Under the pieces are notes generated by a model that was not told the DNA's origin, searched no databases, and saw nothing but the letters and a program-made list of their open reading frames with translations. Position numbers and translations under genes: made by a program. Of a stretch of DNA of 32,000 nucleotides, positions 15,000-23,842 are shown one piece after another; positions within the stretch are counted from its first letter, which is position 1; each line of letters opens with the position of its first letter. Source of the DNA: Candidatus Methylomirabilis oxygeniifera (GTDB lineage Bacteria > Methylomirabilota > Methylomirabilia > Methylomirabilales > Methylomirabilaceae); contig FP565575.1 in assembly GCA_000091165.1 (NCBI GenBank), forward strand, positions 2,400,001 through 2,432,000, written 5' to 3'.

Positions 15000-16307
15000 A
15001 TGGCTGACAGCTTGACCGTCATCGACAATCGAACTGAGAAGAAGTACGACATCCCCATTGAGCACGGAACGATTAAGGCCATGGATCTCCGACAGATCAA
15101 GACCTCTGATGGCGATTTCGGGTTGATGAGCTACGACCCGTCGTTCAGCAACACCGCGTGGTGCAAGAGCCAGATCACGTTTATTGACGGTGAGCAAGGG
15201 ATCTTGATGCATAGGGGCTATCCCATCGAACAGTTGGCCGAGAAAAGTACCTACCTGGAAACCGCGTACCTCCTGATCTACGGGGAGCTTCCCAGCGGCG
15301 AACAGATGGATGGATTCGTCAACCAGATCACACGTCATACCATGGTCCATGAGAACATCAAGAAGTTGATGGACGGTTTTCACCACGACGCCCACCCGAT
15401 GGGGATCCTCCTGGGGACGGTCGGCGCCCTCTCGACTTTCTATCCGGATGCCAAGGATATTATGGATCCAATGTCCCGCCAAAGGCAGATCATTCGTCTG
15501 ATCGCCAAGATGCCGACGCTGGCGGCGTATGCCTATCGACATAGTCGCGGACTGCCGTACGCCTACCCGGACAATAACCTGAGTTTTACCGGCAACTTCC
15601 TCAACATGCTATTCCGGATTACGGAGCCCACATACTACCCGCATCCTGTACTGGAAAGAGCTTTAGATGTTCTGTTTGTCCTGCACGCCGATCACGAACA
15701 GAACTGCAGTGCTTTAGCTATGCGGTCTGTGGGTAGCTCATACGTCGATCCCTACTCGGCTGTGGCTGCAGCCATAGCGGCCCTGTACGGTCCCCTGCAC
15801 GGAGGGGCCAATGAAGCCGTGCTCCGGATGTTGAAAGAGATCGGATCGAAGGACAAGGTGGCCGCGCACATTAAGCGGGTTAAGGCCGGCGAGCTGCGGT
15901 TGATGGGATTCGGGCACCGGGTCTACAAGAACTACGATCCCAGGGCCAAGGTCATCAAGCGGTTGGCCGAAGAGGTCTTTGAGGTGACGGGAAAAAATCC
16001 TCTGCTGGAGATCGCGCTCGAGCTGGAGAGAATCGCACTTCAGGACGAGTACTTCGTCGCGCGAAAGCTCTACCCGAACATTGATTTTTATACCGGCCTG
16101 ATCTACGAGGCGATGAAGTTTCCGGTGGATATGTTCCCGGTGCTCTTCGCCATCCCCAGGACCGCCGGGTGGGTTGCCCAGTGGGAGGAAATGCTCCTCG
16201 ACCCGGAACAGAAGATCGCGCGTCCCAGGCAGATCTATCTTGGTCAACAACGGCGCGACTATTACCCAATGGCCAACCGAGTGAGTCAGGCGCCGGGAAG
16301 AGAGTGA
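15000..16307 (+). CDS. gltA: Citrate synthase (type II)
   Basis: 435 aa. The signature is GFGHRVYKNYDPRA, and HADHEQN is present. There is a strong SD, GGAGGA. Confidence 0.95.
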   Translation: MADSLTVIDNRTEKKYDIPIEHGTIKAMDLRQIKTSDGDFGLMSYDPSFSNTAWCKSQITFIDGEQGILMHRGYPIEQLAEKSTYLETAYLLIYGELPSGEQMDGFVNQITRHTMVHENIKKLMDGFHHDAHPMGILLGTVGALSTFYPDAKDIMDPMSRQRQIIRLIAKMPTLAAYAYRHSRGLPYAYPDNNLSFTGNFLNMLFRITEPTYYPHPVLERALDVLFVLHADHEQNCSALAMRSVGSSYVDPYSAVAAAIAALYGPLHGGANEAVLRMLKEIGSKDKVAAHIKRVKAGELRLMGFGHRVYKNYDPRAKVIKRLAEEVFEVTGKNPLLEIALELERIALQDEYFVARKLYPNIDFYTGLIYEAMKFPVDMFPVLFAIPRTAGWVAQWEEMLLDPEQKIARPRQIYLGQQRRDYYPMANRVSQAPGRE

Positions 16308-16320
16308 TGAAGCGGATAGT

Positions 16321-17259
16321 ATGGCCATCATTACCGTTTCCAGACAGATCGGGAGCGGCGGCGACGAGATCGCCGTCCGGCTGGCCGAAGAGCTTCAGTT
16401 CACGCTTGTAGATCACGCCCTGATCGTCGAGTTGCTGAGCGCGCAAGACGTCTCGAAATCGGACGTCGACACGCTTGACGAGGGAGAATTCGAGGGAAAG
16501 CAACAGCAGCGCGAGCAGGATCGGGTCTATATGGATCTCCTACCTACACTGATCGCAGATCTCGCCTCAAAAAAGAATCTGGTGGTACTGGGCCGTGGGG
16601 GTCAATGCATCTTCCGAGGGTGTCCGAGCGCATTGCATGTGCGGGTAGTGGCCAGCGCAAAAGAGCGGGCCAGACGCCTTATGGACCGACGTACCATAGA
16701 AGAGGACTTCGCGGTTCGTCTGGTTGAGGAAAGCGACGAGGCCAGACGGCGCTTCATCCGGTATCACTACGGGGAAGATATCGACGACGCCGTTCACTAC
16801 GATCTGGTTGTGAATACAGATCGCGTGAGTGTGGGGACAGCGACGCGCCTCGTCCAAGCCGCAGCAGAGTTGACAGATCTCATGGGGAAGGAGCGGGGAA
16901 TCGAGCGTTGGCTTGAGGCCGCCCAACCACACCCCTTCGCTCATCCCAGCGAGGCGGAGTTTGCGAAGGTCCTGGATTTCTACCGGATACGATGGGAGTA
17001 TGAACCGAAGACATTTCCTCTCGCCTGGGACGACGCGGGCAATGCGACCGAAGCCTTCTCGCCGGACTTCTATCTGGTCGACTTCGATCTCTTTATCGAA
17101 CTGACCACGCTCAAGCAACGCCTGGTGACAGAAAAGAATCGGAAGATCAGACGGTTCCGAGAGCTGTATCCGGAGGTGGCGCTCAAGGTATTTTACGGGA
17201 GGGACTATCGCAACTTACTGACCAAGTATGGGCTTGCAGAAAGAGGAAGCTCCAAGTGA
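16321..17259 (+). CDS. Cytidylate-kinase-like P-loop domain fused to a C-terminal PD-(D/E)xK-like domain of unknown function
   Basis: The N-terminus MAIITVSRQIGSGGDEIAVRLAEEL is typical of the cytidylate-kinase-like family. Residues from about 200 to 312 (AEFAKVLDFYRIRWEYEPKTFPL...FSPDFYLVDFDLFIELTTLKQRLVTEKNRK) look like a restriction-endonuclease-fold core. It starts 13 nt after the gltA stop. Confidence 0.8.
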   Translation: MAIITVSRQIGSGGDEIAVRLAEELQFTLVDHALIVELLSAQDVSKSDVDTLDEGEFEGKQQQREQDRVYMDLLPTLIADLASKKNLVVLGRGGQCIFRGCPSALHVRVVASAKERARRLMDRRTIEEDFAVRLVEESDEARRRFIRYHYGEDIDDAVHYDLVVNTDRVSVGTATRLVQAAAELTDLMGKERGIERWLEAAQPHPFAHPSEAEFAKVLDFYRIRWEYEPKTFPLAWDDAGNATEAFSPDFYLVDFDLFIELTTLKQRLVTEKNRKIRRFRELYPEVALKVFYGRDYRNLLTKYGLAERGSSK

Positions 17260-17490
17260 CCTTTTGGCCCCTTTACATTCCCAGGCATACTACCCTTCAG
17301 CCTTTCCTGGTTTCCCTTGATTGTTCCATCAGCTTGCCGAGCCTGATGCGTTGCTCAAGGGCCCGGGAACTTCTGAATTACCCCGGTACTGTCAGGCCGC
17401 CAGACCTCTTGGAGCTACTAAGTATATATGGCTGGTTCGAGGTTTTGTCAAGGGGGAAACGGCTTGCCCGCAATGTTTTGAGGGTTCGAA

Positions 17491-18042
17491 ATGCACCATG
17501 ACATGATCGAGGACCTTGCTGAAGTACTGATTACAGAAGAGGCGATCGCTTATCGCGTGAAGGAATTGGGAGCTGACATTTCACGAGATTATTTTGGCAA
17601 AGAGCTTGTCGTTGCAGGTGTGCTGAGGGGGGCCTTGTTCTTCCTGGCCGATCTCGCAAGAGCCATATCCGTTCCGCTCGCAATCGATTTTATTTCTATT
17701 TCGAGTTATGGCCCCACGACCAAGGCCTCCGGCGTCGTCGGCATCAGAAAAGACCTCGATGAAAGTATCGGCGGTCGAGACCTCCTTGTCATAGAAGATA
17801 TCGTAGACACCGGCCTCACCCTGAGTTATCTGCTGAAGATCTTTCGAGCCCGCCAGCCGTCAAGCCTGCAAGTCTGCACGTTCCTGGACCGGAAGGTGCG
17901 TCGCATTATTGACCTCCCTATTGCCTATCGCGGATTTGAAATCCCCGAGCGGTTCGTAGTCGGCTATGGCCTCGACTACAACCAGCGCTACCGCAATCTG
18001 CCATGCATCGGCGTCCTGAAACCTGAGTGCATGGTGTCCTAG
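17491..18042 (+). CDS. hpt: Hypoxanthine-guanine phosphoribosyltransferase
   Basis: 183 aa. The PRPP-binding motif is LLVIEDIVDTGLTLSYL. The N-terminus is typical (EVLITEEAIAYRVKELGADISRDY). GAGGG lies 6 nt upstream of the ATG. Confidence 0.93.
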   Translation: MHHDMIEDLAEVLITEEAIAYRVKELGADISRDYFGKELVVAGVLRGALFFLADLARAISVPLAIDFISISSYGPTTKASGVVGIRKDLDESIGGRDLLVIEDIVDTGLTLSYLLKIFRARQPSSLQVCTFLDRKVRRIIDLPIAYRGFEIPERFVVGYGLDYNQRYRNLPCIGVLKPECMVS

Positions 18043-18113
18043 GGCCTCCAAGTCTCTCGACACCAGTACCGAGATATGGTAGAAGAGGGTCTCGCCTCTC
18101 GATGTTGTCCAGA

Positions 18114-18200
18114 GCCGGGGTGGTGAAACTGGCAGACGCACGGGACTCAAAATCCCGCGGACTTCGGTCCATGAGGGTTCGACCCCCTCCCCCGGCACCA
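18114..18200 (+). tRNA. tRNA-Leu (anticodon CAA), CCA encoded
   Basis: Folded by hand. The acceptor stem is GCCGGGG/CCCCGGC. The anticodon stem is CGGGA/TCCCG with loop CTCAAAA (anticodon CAA). The variable arm is long (GCGGACTTCGGTCCAT). The T arm is GAGGG-TTCGACC-CCCTC. The discriminator is A, followed by CCA. Confidence 0.9.
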
Positions 18201-18516
18201 CTCTTTTCCATACGTTAGACGCTTTTGTCCTGGTAACGCCCACGGCGAACAGCCGATTGTGTAGCACTTCTGTCACTCTTCTTGTCGACCGCCACGATCA
18301 CCTTTCGTTGGCCTGCTGTCTTCCGCCCTGCTTGGCGGTCAGCCATCGTTGCAGACCTTGCTTACTAAAGCGCAATACTTTGCGGCTCAGCTTCCAAGCG
18401 AAGGCGAGCCGACGACGGGCAATACGATCACATCGTGACTCGTCCCCGCATGACATTCGTTTTGACAACGCAAAAAGAACCCACCCCCGTTAAGTAATCG
18501 CCGAACCTGTGGGACG

Positions 18517-18543
18517 CGTGGGAAAGCCGGCGGCTTTCCCACG
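18517..18543. other. Perfect 12-bp inverted repeat (stem-loop) in a gene-free region
   Basis: CGTGGGAAAGCC-GGC-GGCTTTCCCACG. No U-tract follows on either strand, so it is not a canonical intrinsic terminator. Confidence 0.5.
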
Positions 18544-18614
18544 CTGCAGTGGGCGTCCGCGTGTTATGCGGAGATCGGACGTCAGCGAAAATATCCCCTT
18601 GAGAAAGCCCGTGT

Positions 18615-18644
18615 TTGACATCACTGTGTTAGCCCCCCTATACT
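18615..18644 (+). promoter_or_regulatory. Sigma-70-like promoter for the ABC-F gene, leaderless or near-leaderless geometry
   Basis: Consensus -35 TTGACA (18615-18620), an 18-nt spacer, -10 TATACT (18639-18644), then 10 nt to the ATG at 18655. There is no SD. Confidence 0.5.
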
Positions 18645-18654
18645 GCTATCATCT

Positions 18655-20622
18655 ATGATCTCAATTCAACAGGTGTCAAAACGCTTCGGCGGCCGCACGC
18701 TGTTCAGGGAGGTCTCCCTTCGGATCGGCCTTGAGGATCGGGTCGCGCTGGTGGGACCCAACGGAGCGGGGAAAACGACACTCCTGGAAATGATCGCGGG
18801 GAATATCTCTCCCGACAGCGGCATGATCGCGATCAACAACAAGGCCGTCATCGGCTACCTGACCCAGGAGCTGGAGACCCATCAGGGCAAGTCCCTGCTT
18901 GAAGAGGTGCTGACCGGCGGCTCGGAGGCGTCGTCTATCGAACGCCATCTTCGTCTTCTGGAGGAGGAGATCGCCACGGCCACACCGGAGGCGGTAGACG
19001 ACCTGTTGTCCCATTATGGTGCGCTCCAGACCAAGTACGAACAGCTCGGCGGATACGCCCTGGAGGCCAGGGCCAAGGAGATCCTTTTCGGGCTCGGTTT
19101 CAAGGAGAAGCACCTGTCCCGACCTCTGGAGCAGTTCTCCGGTGGCCAGCGGATGCGCGCATCGTTGGCCAGGCTACTGCTCTCATCTCCAGACGCGCTG
19201 CTATTGGATGAACCTACCAACCATCTGGATCTCGAGTCGGTCGTCTGGCTGGAGCAGTTTCTGTCCGACTATGCCGGCGCGATCCTGCTTATCTCCCACG
19301 ATCGAAATTTCATGAACCGTCTGGCCAACCGGGTGGTAGAGGTGGAACAACAACAACTGGTAGCCTACACCGGAAATTACGACCAGTTCGTAGCCGCCAA
19401 GGCCGAAGCCCAGCAAATTTTAGAGGCCACCGTTCGAAACCAGCAGAAGAAGATTGAGGACACCAAGGCCTTTATCGACCGTTTCCGGTACAAGGCCACT
19501 AAGGCCCGTCAGGTCCAGAGTCGGATCAAGCTCTTGGAAAAGATGGATCAGGCGCAACTGACCCCTCAACAGAAACGGGTCCGGTTCTCATTTCCGGAGC
19601 CTCTACGGAGCGGCGAGACAGTTATCCGACTGATCGATATCGACAAATCTTATGACGGCAATCCGATTTATCGCACCCTGAATGTGGAGCTTCGCCGGGG
19701 GGAACGTGTGGCCCTGATAGGTCCCAACGGGGCGGGGAAATCTACCCTCCTCAAGCTGCTGGCAGGCGTCCTGCCGTTCGAGAAGGGCGAACGGAGGCTG
19801 GGCCACAATGTCACAACCGCCTATTATGCCCAGCACCAGTTGGAGCTGTTGAGCCCCGCCAACACCGTCCTTGACGAGATTACATCCGCCGCGCCCATGG
19901 AAGAGTCCTCATTCCTCCGGGCAATCCTGGGGCGGTTTCTCTTTTCCGGGGATGACGTCAAGAAAAAGGTGGCCGTCCTCTCCGGCGGGGAAAAGAGCCG
20001 GTTGGCCCTGGCCAAGATGTTGATCCGTCCGGCCAATCTGCTGCTGTTAGACGAACCGACGAACCATCTGGATATCCCATCCCGCGATGTGCTGGAAGAG
20101 GCGCTCCGCGACTTTTCCGGGACGATCTGCTTCATCACCCATGATCGACATTTTATCCGAGCCGTGGCCAACAAGATCGTCGATGTGCGAGACGGAGCAG
20201 CCGTACCGTATGCCGGGGATTACGATTACTACCTCCATAAGAAGCAATTGATGGCTGCTGAGGTCGCCGGCGGCCAGGCCGAACCCACTTCCGCGAAAGC
20301 CGCTACAACGTCGGCCCAGAGGCCAGGGACAAAAGAGGACAGTTCGAGGGAACGGAAGACGAAGGAACAAAAACGGGCTGAGGCTGAGGCGCGCAACCGG
20401 ATGCACCGGACGTCACACCTGCACCTGTCGTCGCTGTCCAAAATCGAGGCAGAGGTGGCTGAGGCTGAGAAGACCCTGGAGGATCTCGCTCAGGCGCTCG
20501 CCGATCCAAAGATATACCAGAATAAGGAGCGACTCTTCGAAACCCTGGACGCGCATGCTCAGGCTAAGCAAAAGCTGGAAGCACTGATGGCGGAATGGGA
20601 TCGAACATCCAGTCTGTTGTAG
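18655..20622 (+). CDS. ABC-F family ATPase (Uup/YheS-like, no transmembrane domain)
   Basis: 655 aa with two ABC cassettes. Walker A motifs are GPNGAGKTT and GPNGAGKST. Signature motifs are LSGGQRMR and LSGGEKSR. An inter-domain linker is present, plus a Lys/Glu-rich coiled-coil C-terminal extension. Confidence 0.93.
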   Translation: MISIQQVSKRFGGRTLFREVSLRIGLEDRVALVGPNGAGKTTLLEMIAGNISPDSGMIAINNKAVIGYLTQELETHQGKSLLEEVLTGGSEASSIERHLRLLEEEIATATPEAVDDLLSHYGALQTKYEQLGGYALEARAKEILFGLGFKEKHLSRPLEQFSGGQRMRASLARLLLSSPDALLLDEPTNHLDLESVVWLEQFLSDYAGAILLISHDRNFMNRLANRVVEVEQQQLVAYTGNYDQFVAAKAEAQQILEATVRNQQKKIEDTKAFIDRFRYKATKARQVQSRIKLLEKMDQAQLTPQQKRVRFSFPEPLRSGETVIRLIDIDKSYDGNPIYRTLNVELRRGERVALIGPNGAGKSTLLKLLAGVLPFEKGERRLGHNVTTAYYAQHQLELLSPANTVLDEITSAAPMEESSFLRAILGRFLFSGDDVKKKVAVLSGGEKSRLALAKMLIRPANLLLLDEPTNHLDIPSRDVLEEALRDFSGTICFITHDRHFIRAVANKIVDVRDGAAVPYAGDYDYYLHKKQLMAAEVAGGQAEPTSAKAATTSAQRPGTKEDSSRERKTKEQKRAEAEARNRMHRTSHLHLSSLSKIEAEVAEAEKTLEDLAQALADPKIYQNKERLFETLDAHAQAKQKLEALMAEWDRTSSLL

Positions 20623-20699
20623 GCACTACATCGGATAGAAACACCTTGACAGCAACGCCTTGGCCTGCACAGTATAGTTGTAGGGGGGTGGATCTTCCG

Positions 20700-21350
20700 A
20701 TGCGTGATGCACAGCAGCCGATGACAATTCATACGTCTGGCCTCTGCCCGGCCTGTGGCGCGCGAAGGGTATCCGAGGCCAGCGCATGTTGGCAGTGCGG
20801 CGGCACATTCGCAACATCGCCGACGGCTGAGGCAGCTTCTCCGCGCTGGATCAAGTTACCGTGGGTTGGGGTGATCCCCTTTGGACTCTTCTTTTTACCT
20901 TGGACGGTCACCGGCCCATACTGGGCCCATCGGGTCGTCTCGGTTGCGGGTCTGGAGCTTGCCCTCGGCCGGACACTCAGGGGTCGTCCCGTGCTGCATG
21001 AGCCGCTCCTGTGGCTCATCCCCGTTATCTCACTCTTGCTGGCCGCGCTGTTGTTTCGGATCTACCGGCAGGCGCCCAAGTCGCAGCACTGGCTGCCCAT
21101 AGCGATCACCGCCTGGGCAGGCTTTCTACTGCTTCTCTTCAAGGCCGTACAGTGGCTATTGGGTGGTCCGTCTCCCGGAACGGTCTGGGTGGTACACTGG
21201 CTCACCAGCGAATATCTGGTCTCCAGTTCGGCCTTCTTTGTATCGGCCCTTAGCGCCACACGAACATGGATCAGCTCGAAGAGCCCCAGACCGCAGCCGT
21301 CGGCTTCTCCCTCCGAAGATGGCCCATTCGACGAAGAGCAGATTCGATAG
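20700..21350 (+). CDS. Hypothetical membrane protein with an N-terminal zinc-ribbon (CPACG...CWQCGG)
   Basis: The start is taken at the ATG at 20700, which has GGTGGA 7 nt upstream. The track ORF starts at 20595. After the CxxC-N12-CxxC motif there are about 5 hydrophobic helices. I recognise no family. Confidence 0.55.
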   Translation: MRDAQQPMTIHTSGLCPACGARRVSEASACWQCGGTFATSPTAEAASPRWIKLPWVGVIPFGLFFLPWTVTGPYWAHRVVSVAGLELALGRTLRGRPVLHEPLLWLIPVISLLLAALLFRIYRQAPKSQHWLPIAITAWAGFLLLLFKAVQWLLGGPSPGTVWVVHWLTSEYLVSSSAFFVSALSATRTWISSKSPRPQPSASPSEDGPFDEEQIR

Positions 21351-21376
21351 TGGAAGCCAGGACGGCTACTCCGATC

Positions 21377-22933
21377 TCAATCATGGGCGAGGAGCTCACC
21401 TCCTGCTGTAAGAGGAAGTTGCAGTAACCCGCCGCTCGATCCTGGATGGGATTCAGATTGTGAGTGCTGTGGTTCAGGAACGATCAAGGGAAGCGCAATG
21501 GTGAAGCGGGTTCCGCGTCCAACCTGACTCTCAACCGAAATCTGTCCGCCGAATGTCTCGACCAGCGATTTTACCAGAGTCAGTCCCAGCCCCGCCCCCC
21601 TCCCGGATCGCGTTTTTCCGGATTCGACCCGGTAGAACCGGTCAAAGATACGGGGTAGATGTTCGGCCGCAATTCCCTGCCCGGTATCCGCAACAGCAAG
21701 CGTCACGGTGCGCTCATCCCCCTGTGCCTGAAAAGTAACTACTCCACCGGCAGGGGTATTCCGAATCGCGTTATCGAGGAGGTTTCTGACTACCATTCGC
21801 ATCGCCTCCGCATTCGCGGCAACAGGAGGCAGGTGGGATGGAACCTCAACTTTGATCAACAAGCTTGCCTCCCGAGCCAACAGCTCAGCGGCCTCCGCCA
21901 CCTCGTAACAGAGGGGAGCCAGATCGATGGGGATCCGAGGGAACGTCTGCCCTTCGTCGAGGCCGGCCAGCGTCAAGAGGTGCTCAACCAGCCGCTGGAG
22001 ATAGGCGATCTCCTTGTCCATCTGTGGCAGGTAGGTCTGGATCAGGTGCGGCTCCTGCTGCGCATGCCTCTGAAGAACCTCGAGACGTAGCCGGAGACCG
22101 GTCAACGGCGAGCGGAGCTCATGAGCCGCATTGGCGGTAAAGGCGCGCTGGCGATCTAGAAGCTGCTTCACTCGCTCGGCCATCCGGTTGAAGCTCTGCG
22201 CCAACCGCCGCACCTCCTCCGGACCGACGGATGGAACGGTTTGATTGAGATCTCCGGAAGCCACCGCCTCCGTCGCCAGTGTCAGTGCCTGGAGTGGCGT
22301 CGAAATCCACCGAGCCAAACGGAGACTCACCATGATCGTAATCATCAGGATCGCCGCGCCGGCGCCGAGAAGCCTGACCCAGGTACTTCGGATTTCAGTC
22401 TGTACGGGCGTCATCGAGACGGAGACGCGCACAATACCTTGCAAGACGACCTTCTGCACGCCACCGCCAAAAAACGGAACGATGGCCGTCAGCCGCCTCT
22501 CGAGGAACTGCTGATCCCAGTGGATATCCACGCCGATCCGCCCTTCTCGGGCATCTGTCAGTACGGCAGGATTGGGTAATGCGTCAGCGGCCGGCCGCTC
22601 GTCGGAACTAACGGCAGACCCGGTTGAGGGATCGATGACGACGATTCGTGCGCTCAAATCATGGGCAGAGGTACGAAGCCACGAACGAAATGAGCTGTCA
22701 GTGAAGCGCACCCGATGCTCGCGAAACTCGTGGGCAGCCTGGGCGAGCATCATCCCTCTCAGGGATAGTTCCCGCTTCGCCTGCTCTACGATCGCCCATT
22801 GGAGACTGTAGCCGACAACGACAATCAGTCCGCCGACCCCGAACAGCACCAGCAGCAGGTACGTCAGGACGAGGTAGCTATTGACGCGACCGCTCGTTTT
22901 CAGGCGTCTGAGGATCGGTAAATCGGTACCCAT
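21377..22933 (-). CDS. Membrane sensor histidine kinase (2 TM helices, periplasmic sensor domain, HAMP, HisKA, HATPase_c)
   Basis: 518 aa. TM helices are YLVLTYLLLVLFGVGGLIVVVGY and LLGAGAAILMITIMVSL. The H-box is AAHELRSPLTGL, and the ATPase boxes are DTGQGI and GAGLGLTLV. GAGGGG precedes the ATG at 22933. The start lies 56 nt inside the 3' end of the regulator gene. Confidence 0.92.
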   Translation of the reverse strand: MGTDLPILRRLKTSGRVNSYLVLTYLLLVLFGVGGLIVVVGYSLQWAIVEQAKRELSLRGMMLAQAAHEFREHRVRFTDSSFRSWLRTSAHDLSARIVVIDPSTGSAVSSDERPAADALPNPAVLTDAREGRIGVDIHWDQQFLERRLTAIVPFFGGGVQKVVLQGIVRVSVSMTPVQTEIRSTWVRLLGAGAAILMITIMVSLRLARWISTPLQALTLATEAVASGDLNQTVPSVGPEEVRRLAQSFNRMAERVKQLLDRQRAFTANAAHELRSPLTGLRLRLEVLQRHAQQEPHLIQTYLPQMDKEIAYLQRLVEHLLTLAGLDEGQTFPRIPIDLAPLCYEVAEAAELLAREASLLIKVEVPSHLPPVAANAEAMRMVVRNLLDNAIRNTPAGGVVTFQAQGDERTVTLAVADTGQGIAAEHLPRIFDRFYRVESGKTRSGRGAGLGLTLVKSLVETFGGQISVESQVGRGTRFTIALPLIVPEPQHSQSESHPGSSGGLLQLPLTAGGELLAHD

Positions 22934-23618
22934 AGCCCCTCACAGTCTGGATGTACTCTGGCGCCGACGGATTCTTCTCAATCTTTTCCCGCAGCCATCG
23001 AATATAGACATCGAGGGTCTTCGGGTCCCCAACCCAATCTTCCCCCCAAATCCGATCCAGGATCTCATGACGCGAGAGCGCCTTGCCGACGTGCTCCATC
23101 AGGAGCCATAACAACTCGAACTCCCGCCAACTCAACTCGAGCTTTTTCTTCTTCCGCCACACCTCGCGCGCCACGCGGTCGATCACGATCGACGTGATCG
23201 CTATGCGGTCGCGGTCCCCGGATGGGAGGGCATCGCCCCGATCCAGCTGGCGACGTCGTAGGATCGCCTGGATGCGCGCAACCAGTTCCTGGAAACTGAA
23301 CGGCTTAACGATGTAATCATCGGCCCCGCCCTGTAACCCCCTGACCCGATCCAACTCCTGCCCTTTAGCGGTCAGCATCACGATCGGGACGACGGATTCT
23401 CGACGGATCAGCTCACACACCTCCAAGCCGCTCAGCTTCGGCAACATGATATCGAGCAGCACCACGTCAGGTTTCGCTGTCAAAGCCAGCGCTTTGCCCT
23501 GGAGCCCATCACCGGCATGCAGGACATGAAATCCCTCTCTTCGCAATCCGAAGATTAACGGTTCGGCGATCGAGGCATCGTCTTCGATCAGCAATACCGT
23601 GGGAGCATTGTGAATCAT
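22878..23618 (-). CDS. OmpR/PhoB-family response regulator (REC + winged helix)
   Basis: 246 aa. Receiver motifs are VLLIEDD, DVVLLDIMLP and MLTAKG. The C-terminal winged helix ends YIQTVRGYGYRF. Confidence 0.95.
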   Translation of the reverse strand: MIHNAPTVLLIEDDASIAEPLIFGLRREGFHVLHAGDGLQGKALALTAKPDVVLLDIMLPKLSGLEVCELIRRESVVPIVMLTAKGQELDRVRGLQGGADDYIVKPFSFQELVARIQAILRRRQLDRGDALPSGDRDRIAITSIVIDRVAREVWRKKKKLELSWREFELLWLLMEHVGKALSRHEILDRIWGEDWVGDPKTLDVYIRWLREKIEKNPSAPEYIQTVRGYGYRFTDPQTPENERSRQ

Positions 23619-23663
23619 CGCTTACCTCAGGCGTAGACGATAAGGCCTCTGTACAGCATGAAC

Positions 23664-23692
23664 TTCATACCCCTTGAGCTCCGGAAAGTCAA
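23664..23692 (-). promoter_or_regulatory. Sigma-70-like promoter candidate for the OmpR-type regulator/kinase operon
   Basis: The minus strand reads TTGACT (23692-23687), a 17-nt spacer and TATGAA (23669-23664). GAGG lies upstream of the ATG at 23618. Confidence 0.35.
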
Positions 23693-23763
23693 CGATCAAG
23701 GACGGGAGCGCGGGATCCTTGTCATCCCGCGGAACAGATCCTTCTGTCTGGTTCTACTTCGAC

Positions 23764-23813
23764 TAGAAAAGCACACAAGGGAACCGAGATGATGCTCCGG
23801 CTCCCTTGTGTGC
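23764..23813 (-). terminator. Rho-independent terminator downstream of the acidic secreted-protein gene
   Basis: A perfect 12-bp stem, GCACACAAGGGA/TCCCTTGTGTGC, is extended by 3 more pairs. On the minus strand it is followed immediately by TTTTCT. It lies 30 nt after the stop at 23843. Confidence 0.75.
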
Positions 23814-23842
23814 GCCCCCTGTTGGGTGGTAGGTTCAAACGT

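Noticed and set aside
17260-17490. 231-bp non-coding region upstream of hpt, examined as a possible purine, PRPP or ZTP riboswitch.
   Set aside because: I could not find the conserved purine-riboswitch junctions or loops (UAUAAU...GGAUAUGG...GUUUCUACC...CCGACUA) or the other motifs. A covariance-model search would be needed to be sure.
18478-18490. GAACCCACCCCCG, resembling the 3' end of the upstream tRNA-Leu (CCCCTCCCCCG). Considered as a possible attR-type direct repeat of an integrated or excised element.
   Set aside because: The match is only about 9/11. The interval between the copies is under 300 bp, with no integrase or cargo genes. The evidence is insufficient.
20595-20699. 35-codon N-terminal extension of the zinc-ribbon membrane protein ORF, overlapping the end of the ABC-F gene. 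A TTGACA/TATAGT pair at 20646-20678 was also considered.
   Set aside because: The ATG at 20700 has a good SD (GGTGGA, 7 nt). The putative promoter hexamers are 21 nt apart, too far for a standard sigma-70 promoter.
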